DNA from: Acidimicrobiales bacterium
GTDB taxonomy: Bacteria > Actinomycetota > Acidimicrobiia > Acidimicrobiales > JACDEA01
Direction: 5' to 3'
NCBI GenBank assembly: GCA_035649535.1
Contig: DASRJI010000168.1
Location: 1 to 24,000, forward strand
DNA length: 24,000 nucleotides
The first letter of the stretch is position 1. Each line of letters opens with the position of its first letter. The notes under the pieces are model-generated. The model saw only the letters and a program-made list of their open reading frames with translations. It was not told the DNA's origin and ran no database searches. The position numbers and the translations under genes are program-made. Below, in pieces: positions 1 through 8,970 of the stretch.

Positions 1-345
1 GCGGCACCCGGCATGCCCCAACTGCGCGCCGGTTGCCTCGCCTATCTCGACGCGGCGACCGAGCCTGCGGTTCGCCGCATCACGTTGATCGAAGGTCCCG
101 CCGTCCTCGGTTGGGACACGATCCGCGAGCTCAACACGGGATACAGCGCCGAGCTCATGTTGCCTGCGCTGGCCGCCGCCACCGAACGCGCCATGAGCGA
201 CGAGCAACTTCGCATCACCGCCCACCTAACGCTGGGCGCGCTCAACGAGGCGGCCCTTCTGATCGCCGCCGCCGACCAGCCGCGTAAGGTTCGCCGCCAA
301 GTGGCTGACACGTTCCTCGCGTTCCTCGATCGCCTCGTCGCCTAG
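1..345 (+). CDS. TetR/AcrR-family transcriptional regulator, C-terminal ligand-binding domain only (5' end outside window)
   Basis: The ORF is open to the window edge in frame 1. The helical sequence (ITLIEGPAVLGW, LTLGALNEAALLIAAADQP) looks like a TetR C-terminal domain. Its TAG stop overlaps the GTG start of the downstream MFS gene, a classic regulator-efflux pairing. The HTH is not visible. Confidence 0.6.
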   Translation, partial: AAPGMPQLRAGCLAYLDAATEPAVRRITLIEGPAVLGWDTIRELNTGYSAELMLPALAAATERAMSDEQLRITAHLTLGALNEAALLIAAADQPRKVRRQVADTFLAFLDRLVA

Positions 346-1481
346 TGCGGCGGCTCGCCGCCGCCTTCGCGGTGTTCGGCGCCTTTTGGGGCGGGTGGGC
401 CGTCGCCGCCGCCGACGTCGAGCGGTCACTCCACCTCTCGCATGCCGGCTTCGGGCTGCTGTTGTCGGCGGCGCTAGGCGGAGCGGCGCTGACCAACGCC
501 ATCGGTGGCGCGCTCGTCGAGCGCCACGGCACCGCGTCGATGTTCCCAGTAACGCTCGCGGGCTGGGCTGTGCTCCTCGTCGTCGGCGCGGCGGTGCGCT
601 CGCCAATCGCGCTGGGCCTCGTCATCGTGCTGCTGATCGCGTCGGGCGGCTTCCTCGACGTCGTGATGAACGTCGCCGCGACAGCGGCGCTGGCCAACGA
701 GCCGGGCGAGCTCGTGCGCTTCCATGCTCGCTTCAACGTCGGCGCCGCGATCGGCGCCGCGTGTACCGGCGTCCTGCTCGCCAACGGCGCGTCGTGGCGC
801 TGGCAATGGGCGGGCATCGCCGCAGGTGCCCTGCTGCTCGCCACCGCGACCCGCGGTCGCGACTTGCCCGCCGGGGAGGCGGGGGAACACACGGAACTGA
901 CGTCGGCCCTGTCGCTGCTCCGCCGCGAACGCCTCGTACTGATCGCGCTCGCGTTCGCGGTCGGCGCCATGGTCGAAGGCGGCATTGACCTCTGGGGCGT
1001 GCTCTTCCTGCGGACATTCCTGTCCTCCGGTATCGCCGTCGCCGCCACCAGTTCGACCCTCGGCTTTTGCGTGGCGGCCGCGGCGCGCGTGTTCATCGGG
1101 CCCCGCGTCGCGCAACGCGGCGCGGTGGCTGGTACCGCGGCCGGGGGTATCGCCGCCGGCGTCGGGGTGCTGGTGCTTGCGCTGGCCCGCACGCCCTGGC
1201 TGTCGGGCGTCGGGCTCGTGCTCGCCGCCGGTGGCATCTCGATGTGCTGGCCCCTGTTGCTCGCTTACGCCAGCGCAGGCCGGAGTCGGCCCGGGCTCGT
1301 CGTCGGCGGGATGAGCGGCGTCGGCTATCTCGGGTTCGTGGTCGGGCCGACCTTGGTGGGCTGGCTGGCCGCCGCCTTCGGGCTGCGGTGGGGCCTGCTG
1401 GTGCTGGCTACCGGGGGGTTGTTCGTGGCCGTCGCGCCACTCGCGCACCGCCGCGCCGTATCGCCAAGCCGACAGCCATGA
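345..1481 (+). CDS. MFS-type membrane transporter
   Basis: 378-aa ORF that is very hydrophobic, with about 11-12 predicted TM segments rich in Gly/Ala/Leu. A central charged loop (RGRDLPAGEAGEHTELTSALSLLRRER) separates two halves, as in MFS proteins. The GTG start overlaps the TetR stop. Confidence 0.75.
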   Translation: MRRLAAAFAVFGAFWGGWAVAAADVERSLHLSHAGFGLLLSAALGGAALTNAIGGALVERHGTASMFPVTLAGWAVLLVVGAAVRSPIALGLVIVLLIASGGFLDVVMNVAATAALANEPGELVRFHARFNVGAAIGAACTGVLLANGASWRWQWAGIAAGALLLATATRGRDLPAGEAGEHTELTSALSLLRRERLVLIALAFAVGAMVEGGIDLWGVLFLRTFLSSGIAVAATSSTLGFCVAAAARVFIGPRVAQRGAVAGTAAGGIAAGVGVLVLALARTPWLSGVGLVLAAGGISMCWPLLLAYASAGRSRPGLVVGGMSGVGYLGFVVGPTLVGWLAAAFGLRWGLLVLATGGLFVAVAPLAHRRAVSPSRQP

Positions 1482-3645
1482 CGACCAAGCCCACGGCCAG
1501 CGCGGACCGTCGGCCGGTCGCCGGGAGGACGGCCTTGCCGAGAACGGATGAACCGGTGGCCACCGCCGACACTGGCGCCGGGCCGAGGGCACGGCCGCCC
1601 ACCGCACCGTTGTACGTGAGCCACGCGATGGCGCCCTGCTTCGACACACCGGGCTTCGAGTAGTCGCACACACCGGTCGGGAAGGTCGCACGCAAGGCGG
1701 CGAGCTGCGGGTCGGTGAGGGCGACGGGATAGTCCTCCCGCCGCAACGGCTTGAGCTGACACTTCATGGTGTCGTCGGCGATCGGTGCGCCGGCCTCGAT
1801 GCGCGGCGACGCGTAGGCCTGCACGGTCCCGTCGCACACGGCGCCCGGGACGTCGACGCCCGCGCCGTTGGTGCACCGGTCGGCGACCGACGCCGGTTTG
1901 TCGTCGAGGATCTTGCGGGCCAGAGGAACGGCGCGGTGATCCTTCTCGACGGCGGCGAGCCAGCGGTCCATGGCGAACACGGCGTCGTCGGCGAACGTGG
2001 CGTCGCCCAGCAACGGCGCCTGCCCGCGCCACAAGACCTGGTTCGCCGCGGTGCCGTGCTCCCGTAGCAAGCGGGCCCGCATGGCGTAGGTGCGGTACAC
2101 GTCGTGGAACGCACCCGGATCGGGGCCCCGCAGATCGATGATCGCGACCTGGTCGAGGTTGTTGGCCGTGTTGATCGCGCCGCTGGTGTACGCCCGTTGC
2201 AGCGCCAGCGGATCGGCGACGGTGCGGGCGGCCTGCGGGTTGTAGTCGATATCGAACGCGCCGATCTTGGTGTTGAGGTCGACGAACTCGGCCGCCGTCA
2301 TCGTCCCGGCGAGGAGTCCGGACAGCCCGTACTGGATGCCGACGTTGTCGGCGGGCCGGCGCGCCTTGCCGTCGGCCGTCGCGCCGAACACATTCACCAT
2401 GTAGTCCTGCAACGAGCAGCGCACGCCCCGCGGGTTCGTCTGCGCGTCGTACACCTGCGCGGCGGGAACGCCCGGGCACGGCCGGCTCGGGTCGCCGCCC
2501 GAAGAGATGACTTCGGTGAACGTGATGGGATTGGCGACGTTCGGATGACCGTACGCCGACATCATCTGCACCGGCGTCCACACCACGCCGAGACCCCACT
2601 TGTCCGGGTGTTCGAAGTAGGCGCGCAGGAGTTGGTAGTCGACGTATTGCTGCGCCGACGACCACGCGTCCGTGAAGCTGCATTGCGGCGTGATGCCCTG
2701 GTACAGCCCCGGATAGGCGTTGGCAACCTGCTGCTGCACGAGCGACCCACCTGAGCAGCCGCGACCGATCGTGTAGCGGATCGGGCCGAACTCCTCGATC
2801 ACCTTCTCCTTGGTCATCACCAGCGACTCGGCCTGCGTGATGATGTTGCAGTTGTGCCCGGCGTTATCGAGGGCGTGCGACATCACGATGAATCCCTTGG
2901 CCAGCGCGGGCTCGACCAGCACGTCGGGCGCGGCGTCCATCTCATAGGCGGTGTCACAGCTCGCGCCGTGCGTGATCACGAGCTTCGAATTCACACCCGC
3001 CGGCGGATCCCACGGCGTGCCCGCCTTCTTCGGATCGAACAATGCAGCGATGCGGTACTGGTCACGGGCCAGCACGCCGATCTCCTGGCGGACGATGAAC
3101 GGGACGGTCTCGCCCGTGTCGGTCGTCGTCATCGCCACGTCCGATGGTGGCGACGCCATGTTGTAGGCGGCCAGCGACCCGCCACTGGTCCGCTGGTAGA
3201 CGTAGTTGTACTGGGGCGGTCGATTGCATTCCTTGTCGACGCCGCCCGGCGTGCACCCCCACGGCTGGATGTGGGGGCCGGAGAACACTGGTCCGCCGAT
3301 CGGTGCGTTGGTGATCGTGAGTTGCGCACCGCGACCGTCGGCCACCGCGGCCCGCACCGTGTTGGCGCCTACCCGCAGACCGGTGAGGAGGCCTTGCACC
3401 CGGCCGGTTGGCCGCAACGCGAACTTGCTGCTCACGTCCTTGCCGTCAACGGCAACGCGTACCGACGACGGGTCGGCCCCCGCCGGCAGGCGAACTTCGA
3501 CGAGCGCGTCGCCGCCCGAGACGAGATCGGCCCGGTTCGACAGCACGACGATCTCGAGCGGCGCGCTCGACGGTGCGGCCGACACCGGAGGCGCGGTCAC
3601 CGAGCCGACGATTGCCACCAGCGCGGCGGCACCCAACAACCTCAT
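1408..3645 (-). CDS. Secreted tannase/feruloyl-esterase-like alpha/beta hydrolase (DUF6351-like, from memory) with C-terminal LPXTG-type sorting signal
   Basis: 745 aa. N-terminal signal peptide (MRLLGAAALVAIVGSVTAPPVSA/AP). GCSGGS nucleophile-elbow motif as in the tannase family (GCSxGG). The C-terminus reads LPATG, then a hydrophobic stretch (ALAVGLVVMAVGLAI), then an Arg-rich tail. Many Cys residues are consistent with an extracytoplasmic protein. Confidence 0.75.
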   Translation of the reverse strand: MRLLGAAALVAIVGSVTAPPVSAAPSSAPLEIVVLSNRADLVSGGDALVEVRLPAGADPSSVRVAVDGKDVSSKFALRPTGRVQGLLTGLRVGANTVRAAVADGRGAQLTITNAPIGGPVFSGPHIQPWGCTPGGVDKECNRPPQYNYVYQRTSGGSLAAYNMASPPSDVAMTTTDTGETVPFIVRQEIGVLARDQYRIAALFDPKKAGTPWDPPAGVNSKLVITHGASCDTAYEMDAAPDVLVEPALAKGFIVMSHALDNAGHNCNIITQAESLVMTKEKVIEEFGPIRYTIGRGCSGGSLVQQQVANAYPGLYQGITPQCSFTDAWSSAQQYVDYQLLRAYFEHPDKWGLGVVWTPVQMMSAYGHPNVANPITFTEVISSGGDPSRPCPGVPAAQVYDAQTNPRGVRCSLQDYMVNVFGATADGKARRPADNVGIQYGLSGLLAGTMTAAEFVDLNTKIGAFDIDYNPQAARTVADPLALQRAYTSGAINTANNLDQVAIIDLRGPDPGAFHDVYRTYAMRARLLREHGTAANQVLWRGQAPLLGDATFADDAVFAMDRWLAAVEKDHRAVPLARKILDDKPASVADRCTNGAGVDVPGAVCDGTVQAYASPRIEAGAPIADDTMKCQLKPLRREDYPVALTDPQLAALRATFPTGVCDYSKPGVSKQGAIAWLTYNGAVGGRALGPAPVSAVATGSSVLGKAVLPATGRRSALAVGLVVMAVGLAIRRGGARVARRPRTTPR

Positions 3646-3680
3646 TTTCGAGCCCCAATCCCCAGAAGAACGACAGGAAA

Positions 3681-4199
3681 CTAGCGAGCCTGGGCGACGA
3701 GTGCCTCAGCGTCCTCCGGACGCAGCTGGCCGAGGTGGCGCGCCACCAGAACGCCTCGGCTCGACACCGCATACGTGACCGGGAGTCCGGGCTTCTGGGC
3801 GACGCGGTACGCCCGGGCGATGCTGCCGTCGTCGTTGGCCGTGGTGATCGTGACGCCCAGTTCGCCGAGGAACGACCGGGCGCTGCTCGGCGAGTCGTCG
3901 AACAGCACGGCGATGACCTCGGCCTGCTTTCCGTCCTGCACCCTCTGGAGCAACGGCAGCTCCTCGCGGCACGGCGTGCACCACGATGCGAAGAAGTTGA
4001 CGAGCACGGGCTTGCCGCGGAAGTCCGTCAGCCGCACCTCGCCGGTCCCGACGAGGCGGGGCGCGGCGAACGTCGGCGCCCGCTTCCCCACCGTCGCCCG
4101 CACCGACCCGCCACCGCCGCTGCTGCACGCGGCGAGTAGGACTACGACGAGGAGGGTGGCGGCGGTGTGCGCTCGAGCTCGCGTGCGACGTCGTCCCAT
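3681..4199 (-). CDS. TlpA/ResA-like thiol-disulfide oxidoreductase lipoprotein (thioredoxin fold)
   Basis: This is the internal ATG (CAT at 4197..4199) of the 435-aa track ORF. It gives a 172-aa product with an Arg-rich n-region, the lipobox-like LLAAC, and the thioredoxin motif FFASWCTPCREELP. It is the last gene of the cta string. Confidence 0.85.
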   Translation of the reverse strand: MGRRRTRARAHTAATLLVVVLLAACSSGGGGSVRATVGKRAPTFAAPRLVGTGEVRLTDFRGKPVLVNFFASWCTPCREELPLLQRVQDGKQAEVIAVLFDDSPSSARSFLGELGVTITTANDDGSIARAYRVAQKPGLPVTYAVSSRGVLVARHLGQLRPEDAEALVAQAR

Positions 4200-4999
4200 G
4201 TCAGTACATCGTCGCGCTGCGTTCGCGGCCGCCGGTTCTCCTCGGCGTACCACCGGAAGAACATCACGACGATCACGCCCCACAGGATCGACCCACCCAA
4301 CACCTTCATCAGGGCGCCGGCCAGCTGCTGGTCGGCCACCGCCGAGAGATGGAACGGGTGCGGCACCGTTGCGTAGAACTTGTAGATCACGCCGTCGGCG
4401 AACGTGATGAACGACGCCGGCACCGTCGGGATCACCGACTGCAGGAACAGGTACACCATGCGCGCCGGCGGGGTGAGCATCGGGAACTCCGGCATGCGGT
4501 TCATCACCGGGAACCACATCAGCAGCGCGGTGAAGAAGATCAGGCAGTGCGCGCCGAAGTGGATGCCCTCGGAGCGCAGGGCGGCGTCGACAACCGGCGG
4601 CCAGTGCGTGAAGACGAACGCGGTGTTGTAGATCACCGCGGCGAGCAGCGGCCGGGCGAGGAAGCGAACGGCCGCCGTCGCCGACGGAGGCCGCAGCAGC
4701 CACCGCTTCAACCAGTCGGGCGTACCGACCAGCAGCAGGGGCGGCACGACCAGCGTGAGCAAGATGTGCTGCACCATGTGGACGCTGAACAAGTAACGCT
4801 CGGCCAGGTCGTGGGCCGGCCAGTCGGCGGCGATCCACATCAAGGCGACGCCGGTGTAGAAGGTGGCGATCTGCCGACGCGCCGTCTGCCCGCCGACTTT
4901 CGGCCCGACGAGACGCAGCGCGGCGGCGTACCCGAACGCGACGAGCCCGATAACCGCCCAGACGGACGGGTGGGCGTGCCACGCCCACGGCGACTTCAT
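4142..4999 (-). CDS. ctaG: Cytochrome c oxidase assembly factor CtaG (caa3/Bacillus type, polytopic membrane protein)
   Basis: 285 aa and multi-TM. Motifs such as FSVHMVQHILLTLVVPPLLLVG and FTHWPP are typical of the COG3336 CtaG family. Its ATG shares one nucleotide with the ctaF stop. Confidence 0.8.
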   Translation of the reverse strand: MKSPWAWHAHPSVWAVIGLVAFGYAAALRLVGPKVGGQTARRQIATFYTGVALMWIAADWPAHDLAERYLFSVHMVQHILLTLVVPPLLLVGTPDWLKRWLLRPPSATAAVRFLARPLLAAVIYNTAFVFTHWPPVVDAALRSEGIHFGAHCLIFFTALLMWFPVMNRMPEFPMLTPPARMVYLFLQSVIPTVPASFITFADGVIYKFYATVPHPFHLSAVADQQLAGALMKVLGGSILWGVIVVMFFRWYAEENRRPRTQRDDVLTWDDVARELERTPPPPSSS

Positions 5000-5328
5000 C
5001 AGCTCCCGATGAACGTGTGGAGCGTGAGCAGGTACAGCATGTACACGATCACCGCGAGCACGAGACCGGCCACGAACAGCCGACGCAGCACCGGATGGTC
5101 GAACTTGAGGTGCATGAAGTACATGGCGACGGTGGCGAACTTGATCGCGGCCAGCACGAGCAGGCTGCCGTTGGTGAGGATCTGGCTGCCGCCGATCTTG
5201 AGGTACGACAGCGCCACCTCGATGCCCGTGAGGACGGCGAGGAAGATCGCCACGCGGACATAGACGGCCTCGCCCGGATGCTCGTGTTCCTGCGTGGCCA
5301 CGTGCGGCGGCGGTTCGTGGGTCGTCAT
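4999..5328 (-). CDS. ctaF: Cytochrome c oxidase subunit IV (prokaryotic caa3 type)
   Basis: Small 3-TM protein (VRVAIFLAVLTGIEVALSY, AAIKFATVAMYFMHLKF) in the position after ctaE. I chose the internal ATG at 5328 (MTTHEPP), 8 nt after the ctaE stop. The track ORF extends to 5382 but would overlap ctaE by 46 nt. Confidence 0.8.
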   Translation of the reverse strand: MTTHEPPPHVATQEHEHPGEAVYVRVAIFLAVLTGIEVALSYLKIGGSQILTNGSLLVLAAIKFATVAMYFMHLKFDHPVLRRLFVAGLVLAVIVYMLYLLTLHTFIGS

Positions 5329-5336
5329 CGCTTCGC

Positions 5337-5951
5337 TCAATTCGACGGGATCAGGTAGACGACCGTGAAGATCACGATCCACACGACGTCGACGAAGTGC
5401 CAGTACAAGCCGGCGATCTCCACGACCTCGGCTTTTTCCTCCGGCAGCTTGCCCCGCATCGACATGCTCCAGAGCGAGAGCAGCATGACGATGCCCAGCG
5501 TGACGTGCACGCCGTGGAACCCGGTGAGGACGAAGAAGCTGCTACCGAACACGTTGGTCTTGATCGTCAGGCCTTCGCGGATGAACGACGTGAACTCGTA
5601 CACCTGACCCGAGATGAACGTGGCGCCCAGCAGCGCGGTGGCAAGCAGCCACACGCGAAGCCGGCGATGGTCGCCACGCTGGATGGCGGCCAGGGCCAGC
5701 ACCATCGTGAGCGAGCTCATCAGCAGGACGAACGAGCTGACCGACGTGTAGGGGATGTCGTAGATGTCCTTGGGCGTCGGACCGCTGACGCTCTTGCCCC
5801 GGTACAGCAGGTACGTCGAGATCAGCGCGCCGAACAGAAGGCACTCGGAGCCGAGGAACGTCCACATCGCCAGCTTCTCGTTGGAGAGGCCGGTGTTGGT
5901 GACGTGGCCGTGATCGTCGCCCCCGTGTTCGTCAACAGTGGTGGTGCTCAC
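5337..5951 (-). CDS. ctaE: Cytochrome c oxidase subunit III
   Basis: 204 aa, 5 TM. It has the C-terminal GLYWHFVDVVWIVIF signature of COX3. GTG start in a GTGA overlap with the ctaD stop. Confidence 0.9.
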   Translation of the reverse strand: MSTTTVDEHGGDDHGHVTNTGLSNEKLAMWTFLGSECLLFGALISTYLLYRGKSVSGPTPKDIYDIPYTSVSSFVLLMSSLTMVLALAAIQRGDHRRLRVWLLATALLGATFISGQVYEFTSFIREGLTIKTNVFGSSFFVLTGFHGVHVTLGIVMLLSLWSMSMRGKLPEEKAEVVEIAGLYWHFVDVVWIVIFTVVYLIPSN

Positions 5952-7942
5952 GCGTCCACCTCCTCGACGGCTGCGGCGCCCTCAGATCCTGTGTCTCCCG
6001 GATCGGCTCCGTCTCCGCCTCCGCCTCCCTCATGATCATCGTGCGGCTCGGCCGACGGCTCCAACGCCCACGCGTAGAGGGCGCCGATGATCACGATGCC
6101 GCCGAAGACGGCGACGAGGTAGGCGCCGTAGATCATGGCGTAGGCCATGATCGGCAGACCGAACGACGCGATCAGCGGGTAGTACGACGGCGACGGCAGG
6201 TGGATCGACGCCGGGTCGACGTCGTCCGCCTGCGCCTCCTGCGGTGGCAGCTTGACCAGACGGCCCTGCTCGTCCTCGGTGTACTTCTGGTGCCAGAAGT
6301 CGTCGACTCCATGCACCGTCGGCACGACCGCGAAGTTGTACGCCGGTACCGGCGTGGGCAGCGTCCACTCGAGCGTGCGCCCATCCCACGGGTCGTCGCC
6401 GACGACGTTGCGGACCTTGCGCGAGTGCATGACGTTGTAAAGGAAGATCAGTACCGAGAAGGCGATGACGAACGCCCCGATGGACGCCACCAGGTTCCAG
6501 AAGTCCCAGCCCATGTGCTTCGGGTACGTGTAGATGCGCCGGGGCATGCCAGCCAGGCCCAGCAGGTGGAACGGGCCGAACGTGACGTTGAACCCGATGA
6601 ACCACAGCCAGAACTGGAGCTTGCCCAGCCGCTCGCTCAGCGCGTAGCCGAAGATCTTCGGCCACCAGTAGTAGATGCCGGCCATGATGCCGAACAGCGA
6701 ACCCCCGAAGAGCACGTAGTGGAAGTGGGCGACGATGTAATAGGTGTCGGTCTGCTGACGATCGTGCGGCGACACCGCATGGGTAACGCCCGACAGGCCG
6801 CCGATCGTGAACATGGCGACGAAGCCGATGGCGAACAGCATCGGCGTGCTCAATCGCAACGAACCGCGCCACATGGTCGCGATCCAGTTGAAGATCTTCA
6901 CGCCGGTCGGGACGGCGATGAGCATGGTCGTGACCGAGAAGGCCGACACCGCCACCGGGCCCAGACCGACGGCGAACATGTGGTGCACCCACACGCCCCA
7001 GCCCATGAAGCCGATGGCGATACCCGAGAAGACGACGACCGGGTAACCGAAGAGTGGTTTGCGCGAGAAGACCGGCAGGATCTCCGAAACGATGCCCATC
7101 GCCGGGAGGATCAGGATGTACACCTCTGGATGGCCGAATAACCAGAAGAGGTGTTGCCACAACAGCGGGTTCCCGCCCGCGGCGGTGTTGAAGAAGTTGG
7201 CGCCGAACAGCCGGTCGAACATCAACAGGAACAGCGCGATGGTGATCACCGGCATGGCGAACAGCATCAGGAACGACGACACCAACGTCATCCACACGAA
7301 CACCGGCATTCGGAACAACGTCATTCCGGGCGCGCGCAGGTTCAGGATGGTGACGATGAAGTTGACGGCGCTGACCGTCGACGCGATACCGAGGATCTGT
7401 AGGCCGAAGATCCAGAAGTCGATGTTGTGGCCGGGCGAGAACGTGATGCTCGTGTTCGGCGCGTACCCGAACCAGCCGCCATTGGGCGCTCCGCCGAGCA
7501 GGAAGCTCGAGTTGATCAGGAGCGCTCCGAACAGGAACGTCCAGTAGCTGAACGCGTTGAGGCGCGGGAACGCCACGTCTCGCGCGCCGATCATCAGCGG
7601 CGTGAGGTAGTTGAAGAAGGCGGCGGACAGCGGCATGACGACGAGGAACACCATCGTCGTGCCGTGCATCGTGAAGACCTGGTTGTACGCGTCGGCCGAC
7701 AGCACCGTGCCGTTCGGCCTGGCCAGCTGCAGCCGGATCAACAGCGCTTCGGACCCGCCCACGAGGAAGAACGTGAACGACGTGATGCCGTAGAGGATTC
7801 CGATCTTCTTGTGGTCGACCGTCGTCAGCCACGACCACACGCCGGTCGTCGCCTTGGGCCGGCGCAGCAGGCCGGACTCCTCGACGACCTCGGCGTCGAC
7901 GATGTCTTCAGTTGTCGTTGTTGGCTCTAAGACAGTGGCCAT
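5948..7942 (-). CDS. ctaD: Cytochrome c oxidase subunit I (A-type, 14-TM long form)
   Basis: All canonical motifs are present: FTMHGTTMVF (heme a His), WLFGHPEVY (CuB His, cross-linked Tyr, Glu), WVHHMF (CuB His-His), AHFHYV (heme a3/heme a His) and TGVKIF (K channel). It has two extra C-terminal TM helices plus an acidic tail. Confidence 0.95.
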   Translation of the reverse strand: MATVLEPTTTTEDIVDAEVVEESGLLRRPKATTGVWSWLTTVDHKKIGILYGITSFTFFLVGGSEALLIRLQLARPNGTVLSADAYNQVFTMHGTTMVFLVVMPLSAAFFNYLTPLMIGARDVAFPRLNAFSYWTFLFGALLINSSFLLGGAPNGGWFGYAPNTSITFSPGHNIDFWIFGLQILGIASTVSAVNFIVTILNLRAPGMTLFRMPVFVWMTLVSSFLMLFAMPVITIALFLLMFDRLFGANFFNTAAGGNPLLWQHLFWLFGHPEVYILILPAMGIVSEILPVFSRKPLFGYPVVVFSGIAIGFMGWGVWVHHMFAVGLGPVAVSAFSVTTMLIAVPTGVKIFNWIATMWRGSLRLSTPMLFAIGFVAMFTIGGLSGVTHAVSPHDRQQTDTYYIVAHFHYVLFGGSLFGIMAGIYYWWPKIFGYALSERLGKLQFWLWFIGFNVTFGPFHLLGLAGMPRRIYTYPKHMGWDFWNLVASIGAFVIAFSVLIFLYNVMHSRKVRNVVGDDPWDGRTLEWTLPTPVPAYNFAVVPTVHGVDDFWHQKYTEDEQGRLVKLPPQEAQADDVDPASIHLPSPSYYPLIASFGLPIMAYAMIYGAYLVAVFGGIVIIGALYAWALEPSAEPHDDHEGGGGGDGADPGDTGSEGAAAVEEVDA

Positions 7943-8970
7943 CAGTGAAGCGTCTCCAGGAATGCGATCAACTTGCCAATCTCATCTTCGGTCAGTTGGA
8001 GGTTGGGCATGCCGAGCCCCTTGTTGGGGTTCATCGGCTTCTGGCCGGGCGGGTCCCTGAGCCACAGCCGCAGCTGCTGCTCGTCCAGGGTGAACAACGC
8101 GCCGGCGAACGTCTTGCGGCTGTAGAGGTGCGTGAGGTTGGGCCCGACGGTGCCAGCCGTGTAGCCCGACACCGAGTGGCAACCGCCGCAGCCCTTGGCC
8201 TTGAACAAGCTGGCGCCCTCGCCGGCGGTCCCCGACGTCGGGATAGCGGCCTCGCGTTGCTGATCGGCGATCCACCGCGCGAAGTCAGCCTGCGTATGGG
8301 TCACGACGCGGATACGCATGTTGGCGTGGGAGAGACCGCAGTACTCGGTGCACTGACCGAGGTAGGTCTGGCCCGCCTTGTCGGCCTGAATCGTGAGGTG
8401 GTTGTCGCGACCGGGGACGGCGTCCATCTTGCCGGCGAGGGCGGGCGCCCAGAAGCTGTGAATCACGTCGACCGATGACACCTTGACGAACACCGGCTGA
8501 CCGACCGGGATGTGCAGCTCGTTGGCGGTGGTGACCTTGTAGTCGAGGTAGTCGTACTCCCACCACCACTGATGGCCGATCACCTTGACGTTGAGCACGT
8601 CGCCGGTGGGCTTGCGATCGAGGTCGACGAGCGTCGTGACCGTGAAGAAGCCGACGATCAGCAACAGCAACGCCGGCAGGATCGTCCAGCCGATCTCGAG
8701 CGTGGTGTTGCCGTGCACCTGGACCGGCGCGTCGTCGTCGGACTTGGCGCGGTAGCGGATGAGCACGAAGAGGATCAGGCCCTCGACGAGCACGAAGATG
8801 ATGACGGCGATCAGGAAGACCGGATTCCAGAGGCTGTCGAGCTTGCGAGAGATCGGCCCCTGCGGATTGAGGATGTCCTGCGGCTCGGGCTGGCGGCTGC
8901 ATGCAGTCGCAATGAGCGCGAACGCGGGAAGGACGAGCGCGAAGCGAAGGCGGCGACGGAACGTGGTCAT
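7942..8970 (-). CDS. ctaC: Cytochrome c oxidase subunit II with fused C-terminal cytochrome c domain (caa3 type), probable lipoprotein
   Basis: CuA motif HSFW...CTEYCGLSHANM. C-terminal CGGCH heme c attachment site with a downstream GMPN Met ligand. N-terminal signal with LIATAC. Confidence 0.95.
   Translation of the reverse strand: MTTFRRRLRFALVLPAFALIATACSRQPEPQDILNPQGPISRKLDSLWNPVFLIAVIIFVLVEGLILFVLIRYRAKSDDDAPVQVHGNTTLEIGWTILPALLLLIVGFFTVTTLVDLDRKPTGDVLNVKVIGHQWWWEYDYLDYKVTTANELHIPVGQPVFVKVSSVDVIHSFWAPALAGKMDAVPGRDNHLTIQADKAGQTYLGQCTEYCGLSHANMRIRVVTHTQADFARWIADQQREAAIPTSGTAGEGASLFKAKGCGGCHSVSGYTAGTVGPNLTHLYSRKTFAGALFTLDEQQLRLWLRDPPGQKPMNPNKGLGMPNLQLTEDEIGKLIAFLETLH

Noticed and set aside
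3681-4988. 435-aa ORF that would make a very large TlpA-like protein; likewise 19171..20382 (403 aa) and 21338..23122 (594 aa)
   Set aside because: The N-terminal extensions are low-complexity Arg/Pro/Ala sequence overlapping well-supported upstream genes (ctaG, malic enzyme, GT2) in other frames. Internal ATGs give proteins of normal size with sensible N-termini (a lipoprotein signal; MALEAVTFDH; MDARALQV).
6036-7838. 600-aa ORF on the minus strand overlapping ctaD in another frame; similar long ORFs at 6032..7141(+), 242..1237(-), 474..1691(-), 1325..2683(-), 10669..11943(-), 11385..13088(+), 12157..13509(-), 22564..23547(+) and 23346..23948(-)
   Set aside because: All are Arg/Pro/Gly/Ala-rich with no recognisable motifs. 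Each lies fully inside or antisense to a strongly supported gene. Such stop-free off-frames are the expected artefact of roughly 70% GC DNA.
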